Shown one piece after another: positions 40,589 to 49,676 of a stretch of DNA of 64,000 nucleotides. Under the pieces are notes generated by a model. It ran no database searches and was not told the DNA's origin. It was given only the letters and a program-made list of their open reading frames with translations. Numbering within the stretch: position 1 is the stretch's first letter; every line of letters begins with the position of its first letter. The translations under genes and the position numbers were made by a program. Source of the DNA: Candidatus Enterousia sp. (GTDB lineage Bacteria; Pseudomonadota; Alphaproteobacteria; Rs-D84); contig JAZRPS010000018.1 of NCBI GenBank assembly GCA_045649345.1, positions 75,499 through 139,498 on the forward strand. Reading direction: 5' to 3'.

Positions 40589-42313
40589 ATGAAAAAAATA
40601 ATTTCCCTTTTTATCGGTTTATTTTTACCGCTGACTGTGATGGCGGTGGACACACCACAAATTTTAACAAACGTCGACGCCAGTCTTTATGAACAAATAT
40701 TCATGTTGCAAGACAAAGAAAAAATTGACACAGCAATAAAGGTCGAAAATCAAATCGCAGACAGACTATTGATGAACGAAGTTTTATATCAGCGTTATAT
40801 TTCTGATACATACCACACACGCGGTCGCGAAATTGTTGCATGGATGGAACGCTACTATGATATGCCGGGCGCACAGCGCATGGAAAAACTGGCAAAGATA
40901 AAAAAAGCCACAGTTCGTCGCGCACGCGTTCCAAACATTATGACAGGACCCGAATCGATTGAAACCGCCCAATCTGAAACATGGACTGCAAAAAAATATA
41001 CAGGCACAACAAATAAAAAAATCAACGAATTCAAGCGCGCAATTCGTACCGGCTCAACAAAAATCGCCCGACAAATTCTGGAAGACAAATCATTCAAAAA
41101 GAAATTAACCGAATCGGACTATGGTCGTCTTTCTGGTCGCTTGGCATACATATATTATACAAATGGCGAAATGGAATTGGCAAAAAAATGGGGATTTATC
41201 GCATCTGATGCACGTTCCGAATACGGTCTGTGGGCAATGGGATTACTATACTTCAAAGAAGAAAATTATACAGAAGCACAAAAATATTTCAGTCGCATCC
41301 TGGACTTAAAACAAATCAACAACGCCAGAAAGACAGAGGCCGCATTCTGGGCTGGGCGCTCGGCTGATTTTAACGGGGACCGCGAAACAGCACAGCAGTA
41401 CTGGCGCGTGGCGGCAACATATCCGATGGCGTTTTATGGCGCATTATCCGCAACGATGTTGGGTCAACAACCACAATATGAATTCTTTGAAAACGACGTC
41501 ACAGACGAAGACTACATCGAATTAAGCAACACAAAATATGGAAAAATCGCACTGGCATTATTACAGGTTGGACGCAAAGACCGTGCCGAAGAATATTTAA
41601 AATATTTAATCACATCCAAGGCATCCGACAGGACTCTACATGCCGTAAATTCTATTGCAACCGCGTACAGTATGCCGCGCGTTTCAATCCAATCAGCCAG
41701 CGTTATCAAAGACCGTGGAATCTTGGAAATTGACGACGACATTATTTATTCTGCGCAATACCCCCTGCCCGATTGGGAACCAATGGGTGGCTGGTCAATC
41801 GACCGTGCATTACTGTTGGCAATCACAAAACAAGAAAGTAATTTCCGCGTATCTGCAAAATCCACCGCTGGCGCCAACGGCGTTATGCAATTAATGCCCA
41901 GCACAGCCAAACGCGTCGCGCGTAAAAACAAGGTGGACATTTCGCAAATCGACATGTCAAACCCAGAACATAATATGTTCTTGGGTCAACAATATATCGT
42001 AGACTTGTTGGCACACCCCAGCGTTGAAAACAATATCATAAAGATGTTGGCGGCATATAATGCCGGCATGGGAACAATGGTCAAATTTGAAAAGTCGTTC
42101 TATACATATGACCCACTGTTATATATCGAAAGCTTTCCTGCATACGAAACCCGCAGTTATATAAAACGCGTAATGTCTAATTTATGGCTGTATCGCGCAC
42201 GATTGAATCAACCATTAACATCAATGGAAGAACTAGCCAACGGTAATTGGCCATTATACAACAGCGAAGACGCCTATGTTCAACAACAAATTGCCGAACG
42301 TATGACAATATAA
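40589..42313 (+). CDS. Soluble lytic murein transglycosylase (Slt-family)
   Basis: Signal peptide, a superhelical N-terminal domain and the SLT catalytic motif AITKQESNFRVSAKSTAGANGVMQLMP. A terminator follows at 42312-42340. Confidence 0.8.
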   Translation: MKKIISLFIGLFLPLTVMAVDTPQILTNVDASLYEQIFMLQDKEKIDTAIKVENQIADRLLMNEVLYQRYISDTYHTRGREIVAWMERYYDMPGAQRMEKLAKIKKATVRRARVPNIMTGPESIETAQSETWTAKKYTGTTNKKINEFKRAIRTGSTKIARQILEDKSFKKKLTESDYGRLSGRLAYIYYTNGEMELAKKWGFIASDARSEYGLWAMGLLYFKEENYTEAQKYFSRILDLKQINNARKTEAAFWAGRSADFNGDRETAQQYWRVAATYPMAFYGALSATMLGQQPQYEFFENDVTDEDYIELSNTKYGKIALALLQVGRKDRAEEYLKYLITSKASDRTLHAVNSIATAYSMPRVSIQSASVIKDRGILEIDDDIIYSAQYPLPDWEPMGGWSIDRALLLAITKQESNFRVSAKSTAGANGVMQLMPSTAKRVARKNKVDISQIDMSNPEHNMFLGQQYIVDLLAHPSVENNIIKMLAAYNAGMGTMVKFEKSFYTYDPLLYIESFPAYETRSYIKRVMSNLWLYRARLNQPLTSMEELANGNWPLYNSEDAYVQQQIAERMTI

Positions 42314-42338
42314 AAAACGCCCAAACCGGGCGTTTTCT

Positions 42339-42578
42339 TTATCGTGTTTTTTGATTATTGTTATTTTTGTTCTTATGAAACAACTGATACCAACGGACAC
42401 CAGAATAAACGCTTAGCAACGCCCACAGACCCAGAATTGCCATTTTTTCTTGGCTATACCCGTTATTAACCATATCCCTGGTTGCATTAAGCGTACTTCC
42501 AACCGCAAAGCCGTTCATCATCAGATAAACTAATTCAAAAACACGTGGAATATCGTTCTTCTTTTTACCATCGTCCAT
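42339..42578 (-). CDS. Small hypothetical membrane protein
   Basis: 79 aa with a central hydrophobic stretch and no recognised motif. Confidence 0.35.
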   Translation of the reverse strand: MDDGKKKNDIPRVFELVYLMMNGFAVGSTLNATRDMVNNGYSQEKMAILGLWALLSVYSGVRWYQLFHKNKNNNNQKTR

Positions 42579-42593
42579 AAGAGACTCCCTTAA

Positions 42594-42899
42594 CTATCGT
42601 GTTTTTTGACTTGCCAGCAACTTTTGCATTCTTTGATTCATATTATCACGCTTATAATTCAAATTTTCATTTGCTTCATCTGCTGCCCATTTCGACATTT
42701 TTGCCAATAAGAACATCATCCCAGGAACCATAAACGCCCTAAAATTACCCGTTTCATAGAAACCCATAATATATGGCGCACTGCCCATAACCGCCGCAAC
42801 ATATGCAGCCTTACCCGCCGCGTCATTCATTTTTGCACGCACAAAATACCAATTCATTTTTTTGCGCAATTCTTTTGCTACTCTTTCTTTTTCCGTCAT
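42594..42899 (-). CDS. Small hypothetical protein
   Basis: 101 aa with an amphipathic/hydrophobic centre, adjacent to the 79-aa ORF. Confidence 0.4.
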   Translation of the reverse strand: MTEKERVAKELRKKMNWYFVRAKMNDAAGKAAYVAAVMGSAPYIMGFYETGNFRAFMVPGMMFLLAKMSKWAADEANENLNYKRDNMNQRMQKLLASQKTR

Positions 42900-43012
42900 T
42901 TTTTATCCTTTTATTTGTTTTTAGTTGACAGAATCTTATCACAAAAACACATATTTGTCAACAATAAAATAAAGTTTGGTATTCTTTTCATTTTATTGCT
43001 ATATTTTATACA

Positions 43013-43639
43013 ATGATTATAACAGAACCCGATTTTAGCATAGAAATTGCAAGTGGTCACAAACTGGTTGCCGGCGTAGACGAGGCTGGACGCGGCCCAC
43101 TATGTGGCCCTGTCGTTGCAGGCGCGGTTATTTTTCCAAATCGCGACATCGAAATACCTGTAATCATTCGCGATTCTAAAAAGATGACCGCACGTCAACG
43201 TGCATTGGCATATGAATGGATAACACAAAACACAATCTGGGCAGTTGCAGAATGCAGTCCATCCGAAATTGATGAACTTAACATTTTATGGGCATCAATG
43301 CAGGCAATGACACGCGCCGTAAATAAATTAAGTTTAAAACCAGAATACATACTGGCAGACGGGAACAGATTGCCACACAATTTGACAGGTCAAGCCATTA
43401 CAAAAGGCGACGCAAAATCACTATCAATCGCCGCCGCTTCTATTATCGCCAAGGAAACCCGCGACAAAATAATGTCCAATCTATCCACGCAATATCCACA
43501 ATACGGATGGGACAAAAACGCAGGCTATCCAACAAAATCTCATTTACAGGCAATCGATTTATATGGTATAAATCAGCATTATCGAAAAAGTTTTGGTCCA
43601 ATTAAGGAAAGGATAAAAAATGAAACTAAGAACAATTGA
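43013..43639 (+). CDS. rnhB: Ribonuclease HII
   Basis: VAGVDEAGRGPLCGPVVAGAV...ADG motifs. Confidence 0.9.
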   Translation: MIITEPDFSIEIASGHKLVAGVDEAGRGPLCGPVVAGAVIFPNRDIEIPVIIRDSKKMTARQRALAYEWITQNTIWAVAECSPSEIDELNILWASMQAMTRAVNKLSLKPEYILADGNRLPHNLTGQAITKGDAKSLSIAAASIIAKETRDKIMSNLSTQYPQYGWDKNAGYPTKSHLQAIDLYGINQHYRKSFGPIKERIKNETKNN

Positions 43640-44789
43640 AAATATCAACGTTCGTGGTAAATATGTTTTATTGCGCGATGACTTTAACGTCCAAATTGTT
43701 GACGGCAAAATTACAGACGCATTCAGGATCGAACAAAGCATGCCAACAATCAACGCCCTGCGTGACGCCGGCGCACGTATCGTTATTGTTGCACACCGTG
43801 GTCGCCCAAAGGGAACGCGCAACATGGAATACACCATGGCCCCAATCGCCGAATACATGGGCATTAAATTAATTCCAGATTGCCTGGACCGCGAATTCAT
43901 GTCACAGATGTCTGACGGCGATATCGTTATGTTGGAAAATGTACGTTTTTACCCAGGCGAAGAACAAAACGACCCAACATTTGCAGCGGACCTGGCACGC
44001 GGATTCGACATTTTTGTGAATGACGCATTTGCCGTGTCACATCGCGCACACGCCAGCACAGTCGGCGTGGCAGAAATATTGCCATCATACGCGGGCAAAT
44101 TATTGGCATCTGAAATCGAACACCTGACTGCGGTTATGGAAAATCCAAAACGCCCATTGCTGTCCATCGTCGCCGGCAGCAAAGTTTCAACAAAAATTGG
44201 CGTTTTAAAGGCATTGGCAAAATTGTCAGACACACTGATTATCGGTGGCGCATTGGGTACAACATTCAACTTTGCCCAGGGCGGACGCGTTGGAAATTCA
44301 TTATATGAAGCCGACCAGAAAGACACCGCCCTGGAAATATTAAATTATGCACGCGAACACAATTGCAATGTCCTGTTGCCACTGGACAAGGGTGTCGCCA
44401 AGGTATTTGACCGTGATGCAGAACGCACAAACAAAGACTTTACCGAAATCGAAGACGACGATGTTATCATTGACGCAGGCGAACGCACAACCGAACGCGA
44501 CATTGATGCAATTCGCAACGCCAAAACAGTAATTTGGAATGGAACCGTCGGCATGGCTGAATGGCAACCAACATGGTCATATGGCTCGTTTGCGATTGCA
44601 AATGCAATCGCAGAACAGACACGCGCCGGCAAACTGGAAAGCATTGTTGGCGGCGGCGACACCGTCGCAGCACTGGAAGCATGCGGCGTCAAAGATGATA
44701 TAACATACGTTTCAACCGGTGGTGGTGCATTCCTAGAATTTATTGAGGGTCGCACCCTGCCCGGCATCGCAATACTAGAAAACGAATAA
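43620..44789 (+). CDS. pgk: Phosphoglycerate kinase
   Basis: GKYVLLRDDFNV N-terminus; full-length PGK; a terminator follows at 44788-44820. Confidence 0.95.
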   Translation: MKLRTIENINVRGKYVLLRDDFNVQIVDGKITDAFRIEQSMPTINALRDAGARIVIVAHRGRPKGTRNMEYTMAPIAEYMGIKLIPDCLDREFMSQMSDGDIVMLENVRFYPGEEQNDPTFAADLARGFDIFVNDAFAVSHRAHASTVGVAEILPSYAGKLLASEIEHLTAVMENPKRPLLSIVAGSKVSTKIGVLKALAKLSDTLIIGGALGTTFNFAQGGRVGNSLYEADQKDTALEILNYAREHNCNVLLPLDKGVAKVFDRDAERTNKDFTEIEDDDVIIDAGERTTERDIDAIRNAKTVIWNGTVGMAEWQPTWSYGSFAIANAIAEQTRAGKLESIVGGGDTVAALEACGVKDDITYVSTGGGAFLEFIEGRTLPGIAILENE

Positions 44790-44816
44790 AAAACACCGCC
44801 CATTTGGGCGGTTTAT

Positions 44817-46076
44817 TTATGCAACTTTTTTAGCTTCTTTAAATATCTCAATCGGTTGTTTTTTTCCCAAAACCACTTCTGCATCAATTACAATTTCTGC
44901 CAGTTCTTCTTTATCTGGGGCATCAAACATCGGCTGCATCAACACACGTTCCAAGATACTGCGCAAACCACGCGCCCCCGTCTTGCGCGCAACCGCCATT
45001 TTTGCAATTTCACGCAACGCATCATCTGTAATATTCAATTTTACATTATCCATTTCCAACATCGCAGCAAACTGCTTTACAACCGCATTCTTCGGTTCTG
45101 TCAAGATTTTAACCAATGCATCTTCATCCAATTCTTGCAATGTTGTAATAACAGGCAATCGACCAATCAATTCGGGAATGATACCAAACTTTACCAAATC
45201 TTCTGGTTCAACATCTTTCAAGAAATTCTTGGCATTACGTTCTTCCTTGGATTCAACATGCGCACCAAAACCAATACCACGACGTTCGCACGTACGATTT
45301 CCAATAATCTTGTTCAAACCATCAAAGGCACCACCACAGATAAACAAAATCTTGCTGGTATCCAGTTGTACTGTTGTCTCGCCCGGATGTTTACGCCCTG
45401 CCCCACCGGCTGGGACATTCGCAATGGTACCTTCGATTAATTTCAGCAACGCCTGTTGCACACCTTCGCCAGACACATCACGTGTCAGCGATGGATTTTC
45501 AGACTTTCGCGAAATTTTATCAATTTCATCGATATAAATAATACCACGCCCAGCACGCTCTACATCAAAATTCGCATTTTGCAACAAGCGTGTTAAAACA
45601 CTTTCCACATCATCACCGACATAACCCGCCTCAGTCAAAGTGGTGGCATCCGCAATTGCAAACGGCACATCCAATATACGCGCCAATGTCTGGGCAAACA
45701 AAGTTTTTCCAGTACCGGTTGAACCAATCAACAAAACATTCGACTTTTGAATTTCGACATTTGACGTTGTTGCAACCGAATGACGCTTATAATGGTTGTA
45801 TACCGCCACTGCCAGGGTACGCTTTGCCGTATCTTGTCCAATAATATACTCATTCAAAAAGTTATAAATCTGTGACGGCGTCGGCAATTTTTTTGCATCT
45901 TTGCTAACTTCACGCCGTGTATCATCTGCCATGATATCATTACACAGATTAATACATTCATCACAAATGCAAACATTTCGCCCACTGACCAGTTTTTTTA
46001 CTTCATATACAGCCTTGCCACAAAAACTGCAAAACTGCTGATTATTTTCTGTTTTTGGCGTTTTTTCATCACTCAT
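44817..46076 (-). CDS. clpX: ATP-dependent Clp protease ATP-binding subunit ClpX
   Basis: Zinc finger CSFCGK...CICDEC plus an AAA+ domain with GSTGTGKT. Confidence 0.95.
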   Translation of the reverse strand: MSDEKTPKTENNQQFCSFCGKAVYEVKKLVSGRNVCICDECINLCNDIMADDTRREVSKDAKKLPTPSQIYNFLNEYIIGQDTAKRTLAVAVYNHYKRHSVATTSNVEIQKSNVLLIGSTGTGKTLFAQTLARILDVPFAIADATTLTEAGYVGDDVESVLTRLLQNANFDVERAGRGIIYIDEIDKISRKSENPSLTRDVSGEGVQQALLKLIEGTIANVPAGGAGRKHPGETTVQLDTSKILFICGGAFDGLNKIIGNRTCERRGIGFGAHVESKEERNAKNFLKDVEPEDLVKFGIIPELIGRLPVITTLQELDEDALVKILTEPKNAVVKQFAAMLEMDNVKLNITDDALREIAKMAVARKTGARGLRSILERVLMQPMFDAPDKEELAEIVIDAEVVLGKKQPIEIFKEAKKVA

Positions 46077-46099
46077 ATCGCATTTCCTACACTTACGAA

Positions 46100-46690
46100 T
46101 TATTTGCGTTCCAAGATTCCATCTATCAAACCGAATTTTTTCGCTTCATCTGGGCACATCCAGTTATCACGTTCCATTGCATCAAACAGTTCTTTTTCTT
46201 TTTTACCTGTAAATTCAGACATCTGTTTAATCAACATTTTTTTATTTTTCTGATACTGCGCCATTTGGATTTCCATATCTGTAATCTGCCCCTGGGCGCC
46301 AGCCAACGGTTGATGAATCATAATCTGGGTGTTCGGCAAAACGAAGCGTTTACCCTTTTCCCCCGCAGCCAACAACACAGATCCCATCGACGCAACCAAC
46401 CCCATACCAATTGTTGAAACCGGCGCCTTGATATATTGCATTGTGTCCATAATTGCCCAACCTGCGGACACATCACCACCCGGCGAATTAATATACATTG
46501 AAATATCAGCATTTGGATTTTCAGATTCCAAGAACAACAGCTGTGCAACAATGCTGTTTGCCATTGTTGGTTCAATCTGACCGTTAACCATAATAATTCT
46601 GTCGCGCAATAAACGCGAATAAATATCAAACGAACGTTCACCACGTGGCGATTCTTCGATAACCATTGGAATTAAAGCCATTTCCATCAA
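46100..46690 (-). CDS. clpP: ATP-dependent Clp protease proteolytic subunit ClpP
   Basis: [16 protein letters not shown]...[13 protein letters not shown] catalytic Ser region. Confidence 0.95.
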   Translation of the reverse strand: MMEMALIPMVIEESPRGERSFDIYSRLLRDRIIMVNGQIEPTMANSIVAQLLFLESENPNADISMYINSPGGDVSAGWAIMDTMQYIKAPVSTIGMGLVASMGSVLLAAGEKGKRFVLPNTQIMIHQPLAGAQGQITDMEIQMAQYQKNKKMLIKQMSEFTGKKEKELFDAMERDNWMCPDEAKKFGLIDGILERK

Positions 46691-46799
46691 CCTCTTTATT
46701 TATCTATCTATGAAATTATACCATATAAAAACCCGATTCGCGAATTTATCATATATATAGGCAAAAATTATAAAAAAACAAGCCAATAAAAACACAACA

Positions 46800-46832
46800 A
46801 AAAAGACCGCCCAACCGGGCGGTCTTTTATAC
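46800..46832. terminator. Bidirectional terminator between clpP upstream region and dsbA-like gene
   Basis: agaccgcccaaccgggcggtct hairpin followed by a T-run. Confidence 0.6.
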
Positions 46833-46843
46833 AATCAACCAGA

Positions 46844-47668
46844 TTATTTATCCAATGCTGCATTGATTTGTGATGCAGGAATTGCACCTGGGAATGCTTC
46901 TTCGCCAATAATCAAGAACGGTGTACCAGAAATTTCAAACTGCTGTGCCAATTCACGAACGTTTGCCATTTCACGTGCAACAACTTCACCTTTCATGTCT
47001 TTTTCCAGCTTTTCTGTATCCAAGCCTGCTTCTGCTGCGAATTTCATAACATTCTTGTGAACTTTTTCACCCAATTTTGACTGATCTTTCATGTCATCCT
47101 GTGTGTAATATTCACGTGTCATCAGCATATCAACCAATTTTGCAGCCTTTGCATTGTCCTGCAATTTTGCAGCAATTGTTGCCTTGGCTGGTGCATCAGA
47201 CAATGGACCATGGATAGAGAAGTTCTTGATAACAACACGAACGTCGTCACGATCTGCCAATACGCGATCTAATTCACCATGTACACGACGGCAGTATGGG
47301 CAAGAATAGTCTGTCCAAACATAGATTGTTTTCTTTGCATCCTGTGCGCCCAAGAATGGTGCATCTGCAGACATTGTATCAGCCTTTGAACGAACATATT
47401 TACGGATTGCTTTGTTCTTTTCCGCATTCTGTTGCGCCTGCATACCTTCGACCATCTCTTGAATAATCGCAGGATTAACGCTTGTCAAATAATATGGAAC
47501 ATACAGACGGCAAACACTGCCTGCAACCATAATAATTGCAATAACTGCAATTGCTTTCTTGGTCAAGATAACACCCATAGATGGTTTCTTGGCATCACGT
47601 TTCAACATCATGCCACCAAACATGTACAGTGCAATACCCAAGACCAGTACCAAAATTGTCCAAGTCAT
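46844..47668 (-). CDS. DsbA-family thiol:disulfide oxidoreductase with N-terminal TM anchor
   Basis: CPYC active site (WTDYSCPYCRRVH) in a thioredoxin fold. Confidence 0.75.
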   Translation of the reverse strand: MTWTILVLVLGIALYMFGGMMLKRDAKKPSMGVILTKKAIAVIAIIMVAGSVCRLYVPYYLTSVNPAIIQEMVEGMQAQQNAEKNKAIRKYVRSKADTMSADAPFLGAQDAKKTIYVWTDYSCPYCRRVHGELDRVLADRDDVRVVIKNFSIHGPLSDAPAKATIAAKLQDNAKAAKLVDMLMTREYYTQDDMKDQSKLGEKVHKNVMKFAAEAGLDTEKLEKDMKGEVVAREMANVRELAQQFEISGTPFLIIGEEAFPGAIPASQINAALDK

Positions 47669-47744
47669 GATTTTCTCCTTCTTTTGTTGAACAGGTTTAC
47701 CATAGCAAATTTTATAAAAAGCGCAAGGAATAAATATATAAAAA

Positions 47745-48446
47745 TTAAACCATTTTTAACACGCGACGCATATACGGAACATCTGTACCCTGTTGTGTAC
47801 AAATACCTTCTAAAAAGCGCAATGTCACATTTAAATTTACCGGCAACGTATATAATTTATTTCTGTACGGCGCGCCACAATCTGCACACACCGCCCGTCC
47901 AGTCCGCGGCGACAAATAACACAAATTATCAAGCCCACCGCATCCCGAACAGCGCGATAAATCCAACGCATAGCCCAATTCGCGCAACAAACCAATTTCC
48001 CATTCTAAATAAGTGTCCATATTTCCACACGCTAATTTTTGACATAAACGACATGTATCATCATATAAGTTTTGATACGATTCGCGTTCTGGCAATAAAG
48101 TCCCCAAAATATCAAACGCCGCATTCATACACATCAGTCGCACCGAATCCAACATTAATGGCACGGATAGATTTTTTTCAGCGTCCCAATGAAATACCCC
48201 CAATTGTGTATCCAAGCGAGCATTCCATGTTGCGACACCAACCTGTCCCACCAAAGGGCGATTTTTTTTTGCCACAACCGCCCCCCGCATCATACCGACC
48301 AGAACACCATATTCACGGGTAAATATACGCGCAACACAGTCACGTTCATTAAACGGTCGTAAATTTATTAGCAAACCAACTGATTCCAATTTCATATCCA
48401 CCACATTATATATAAAGCAAACAAAAATTACCAGCCCCACAAACAC
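47745..48446 (-). CDS. recO: DNA repair protein RecO
   Basis: N-terminal OB fold and a C-terminal Cys4 zinc motif (CSGCG...CADCG). The start is probably at MKLESVG (48395). Confidence 0.8.
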   Translation of the reverse strand: MFVGLVIFVCFIYNVVDMKLESVGLLINLRPFNERDCVARIFTREYGVLVGMMRGAVVAKKNRPLVGQVGVATWNARLDTQLGVFHWDAEKNLSVPLMLDSVRLMCMNAAFDILGTLLPERESYQNLYDDTCRLCQKLACGNMDTYLEWEIGLLRELGYALDLSRCSGCGGLDNLCYLSPRTGRAVCADCGAPYRNKLYTLPVNLNVTLRFLEGICTQQGTDVPYMRRVLKMV

Positions 48447-48502
48447 GTTGACAAAACATCACATTGTGCTAGCATACACAAAAACAACACAAAGGCAAAT
48501 TC

Positions 48503-49132
48503 ATGAAAAAACAGAACACATTATTCGACATCAGATTAACCAAGGAAGAACGCGACTTTTTAATTTCTGTGGGCGGCAATCGCGCACGCAAAATTTTATC
48601 ACATGCAACCGAAATTAATCCAGCACTGCCTGAAAACCAAGAAATTTTAACCGACAAAAAAATGAACGAATTGTTTAGCGGAAAACCATACATCCTGTAT
48701 TATAACTTTGACGCAAGCAACTGGAATTCAGCCAGATTTATGGGACACGTACGTCCAAATATTACAAAGGACACGTACGACGTTATAGAAATGAAAAAAA
48801 CATTAGAAAAACAACTAAACTTTATCGACAAAGAAATCGTTGCCGTTGTTATCATAACCGCTATACGCTACCCTGGTTGGGGCGATTTGACCCATTATCA
48901 CGCAATATGTCCTGATGCAAAAAATACTGCCGTTGGGACGTTGGTTTGCCGAAACAAAAAAACAGGTAAAATCATGCAACAACCGAAACAATATATTGGC
49001 ATCGGACGTTATCTACATGAATCCGCCGTTCCAGAATATGCGGTCCAGGCATTTGCACGCGATGCCATGTCAGATACACGCAATTCAAAGTTTGCAAAAA
49101 CATTAAACGAATTATGCAAGCGTCAGCGTTAA
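48503..49132 (+). CDS. Hypothetical protein
   Basis: 209 aa with no recognised motif; a strong terminator follows at 49130-49162. Confidence 0.45.
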   Translation: MKKQNTLFDIRLTKEERDFLISVGGNRARKILSHATEINPALPENQEILTDKKMNELFSGKPYILYYNFDASNWNSARFMGHVRPNITKDTYDVIEMKKTLEKQLNFIDKEIVAVVIITAIRYPGWGDLTHYHAICPDAKNTAVGTLVCRNKKTGKIMQQPKQYIGIGRYLHESAVPEYAVQAFARDAMSDTRNSKFAKTLNELCKRQR

Positions 49133-49159
49133 AAAAATCCCCCAAATGGGGGACTTTTT

Positions 49160-49549
49160 TTAAATCTTTTCAACATAATTAACTTCGATTTCTGTTTTAA
49201 AGATACCACGATCAACATCGCCGTACAGTTTTACTGTATCTGTTGGCGTAATTGTTTGACCACGCCATTCATCATCGTCAATTTCAACAGTGATTGAACC
49301 TGTTGCATCTTCGAACAGATAATTATCATCACCCATACGCTGAACAATATTACCCTTTACAATAACTGGCACATCATCGCGCATTTCATTTACCTGCTTT
49401 ACCGTGACGATTGTTTCTGCGCCACCAACAAACCCACCTTTGGCACCGGCGGATGGTTTTGCAGTTTCCGCCGTCGCACCTGCAAATTCAGCAGACGCAC
49501 CACCAATTGACAAAACACCCATTAACACAGCAATTGAAATTTTTTTCAT
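49160..49549 (-). CDS. BOF (YgiW/YdeI) family periplasmic OB-fold protein
   Basis: Signal peptide plus VTVKQVNEMRDDVPVIVKGNIVQRMGDDNYLFEDATGSITVEIDDD. Confidence 0.7.
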   Translation of the reverse strand: MKKISIAVLMGVLSIGGASAEFAGATAETAKPSAGAKGGFVGGAETIVTVKQVNEMRDDVPVIVKGNIVQRMGDDNYLFEDATGSITVEIDDDEWRGQTITPTDTVKLYGDVDRGIFKTEIEVNYVEKI

Positions 49550-49644
49550 ATTTTGCCCCTTTGTTTATATTGTTTCACATTGCAAAAAAATTATATCATA
49601 TATAAAGATATATTTGTCTAGGATTATTTTTTCATAAATTTAAA

Positions 49645-49676
49645 TTTTATAAAACCGCCAAACGGCGGTTTTATAA
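49645..49676. terminator. Terminator downstream of the 868-aa secreted protein gene
   Basis: aaccgccaaacggcggtt hairpin immediately after the stop codon. Confidence 0.6.
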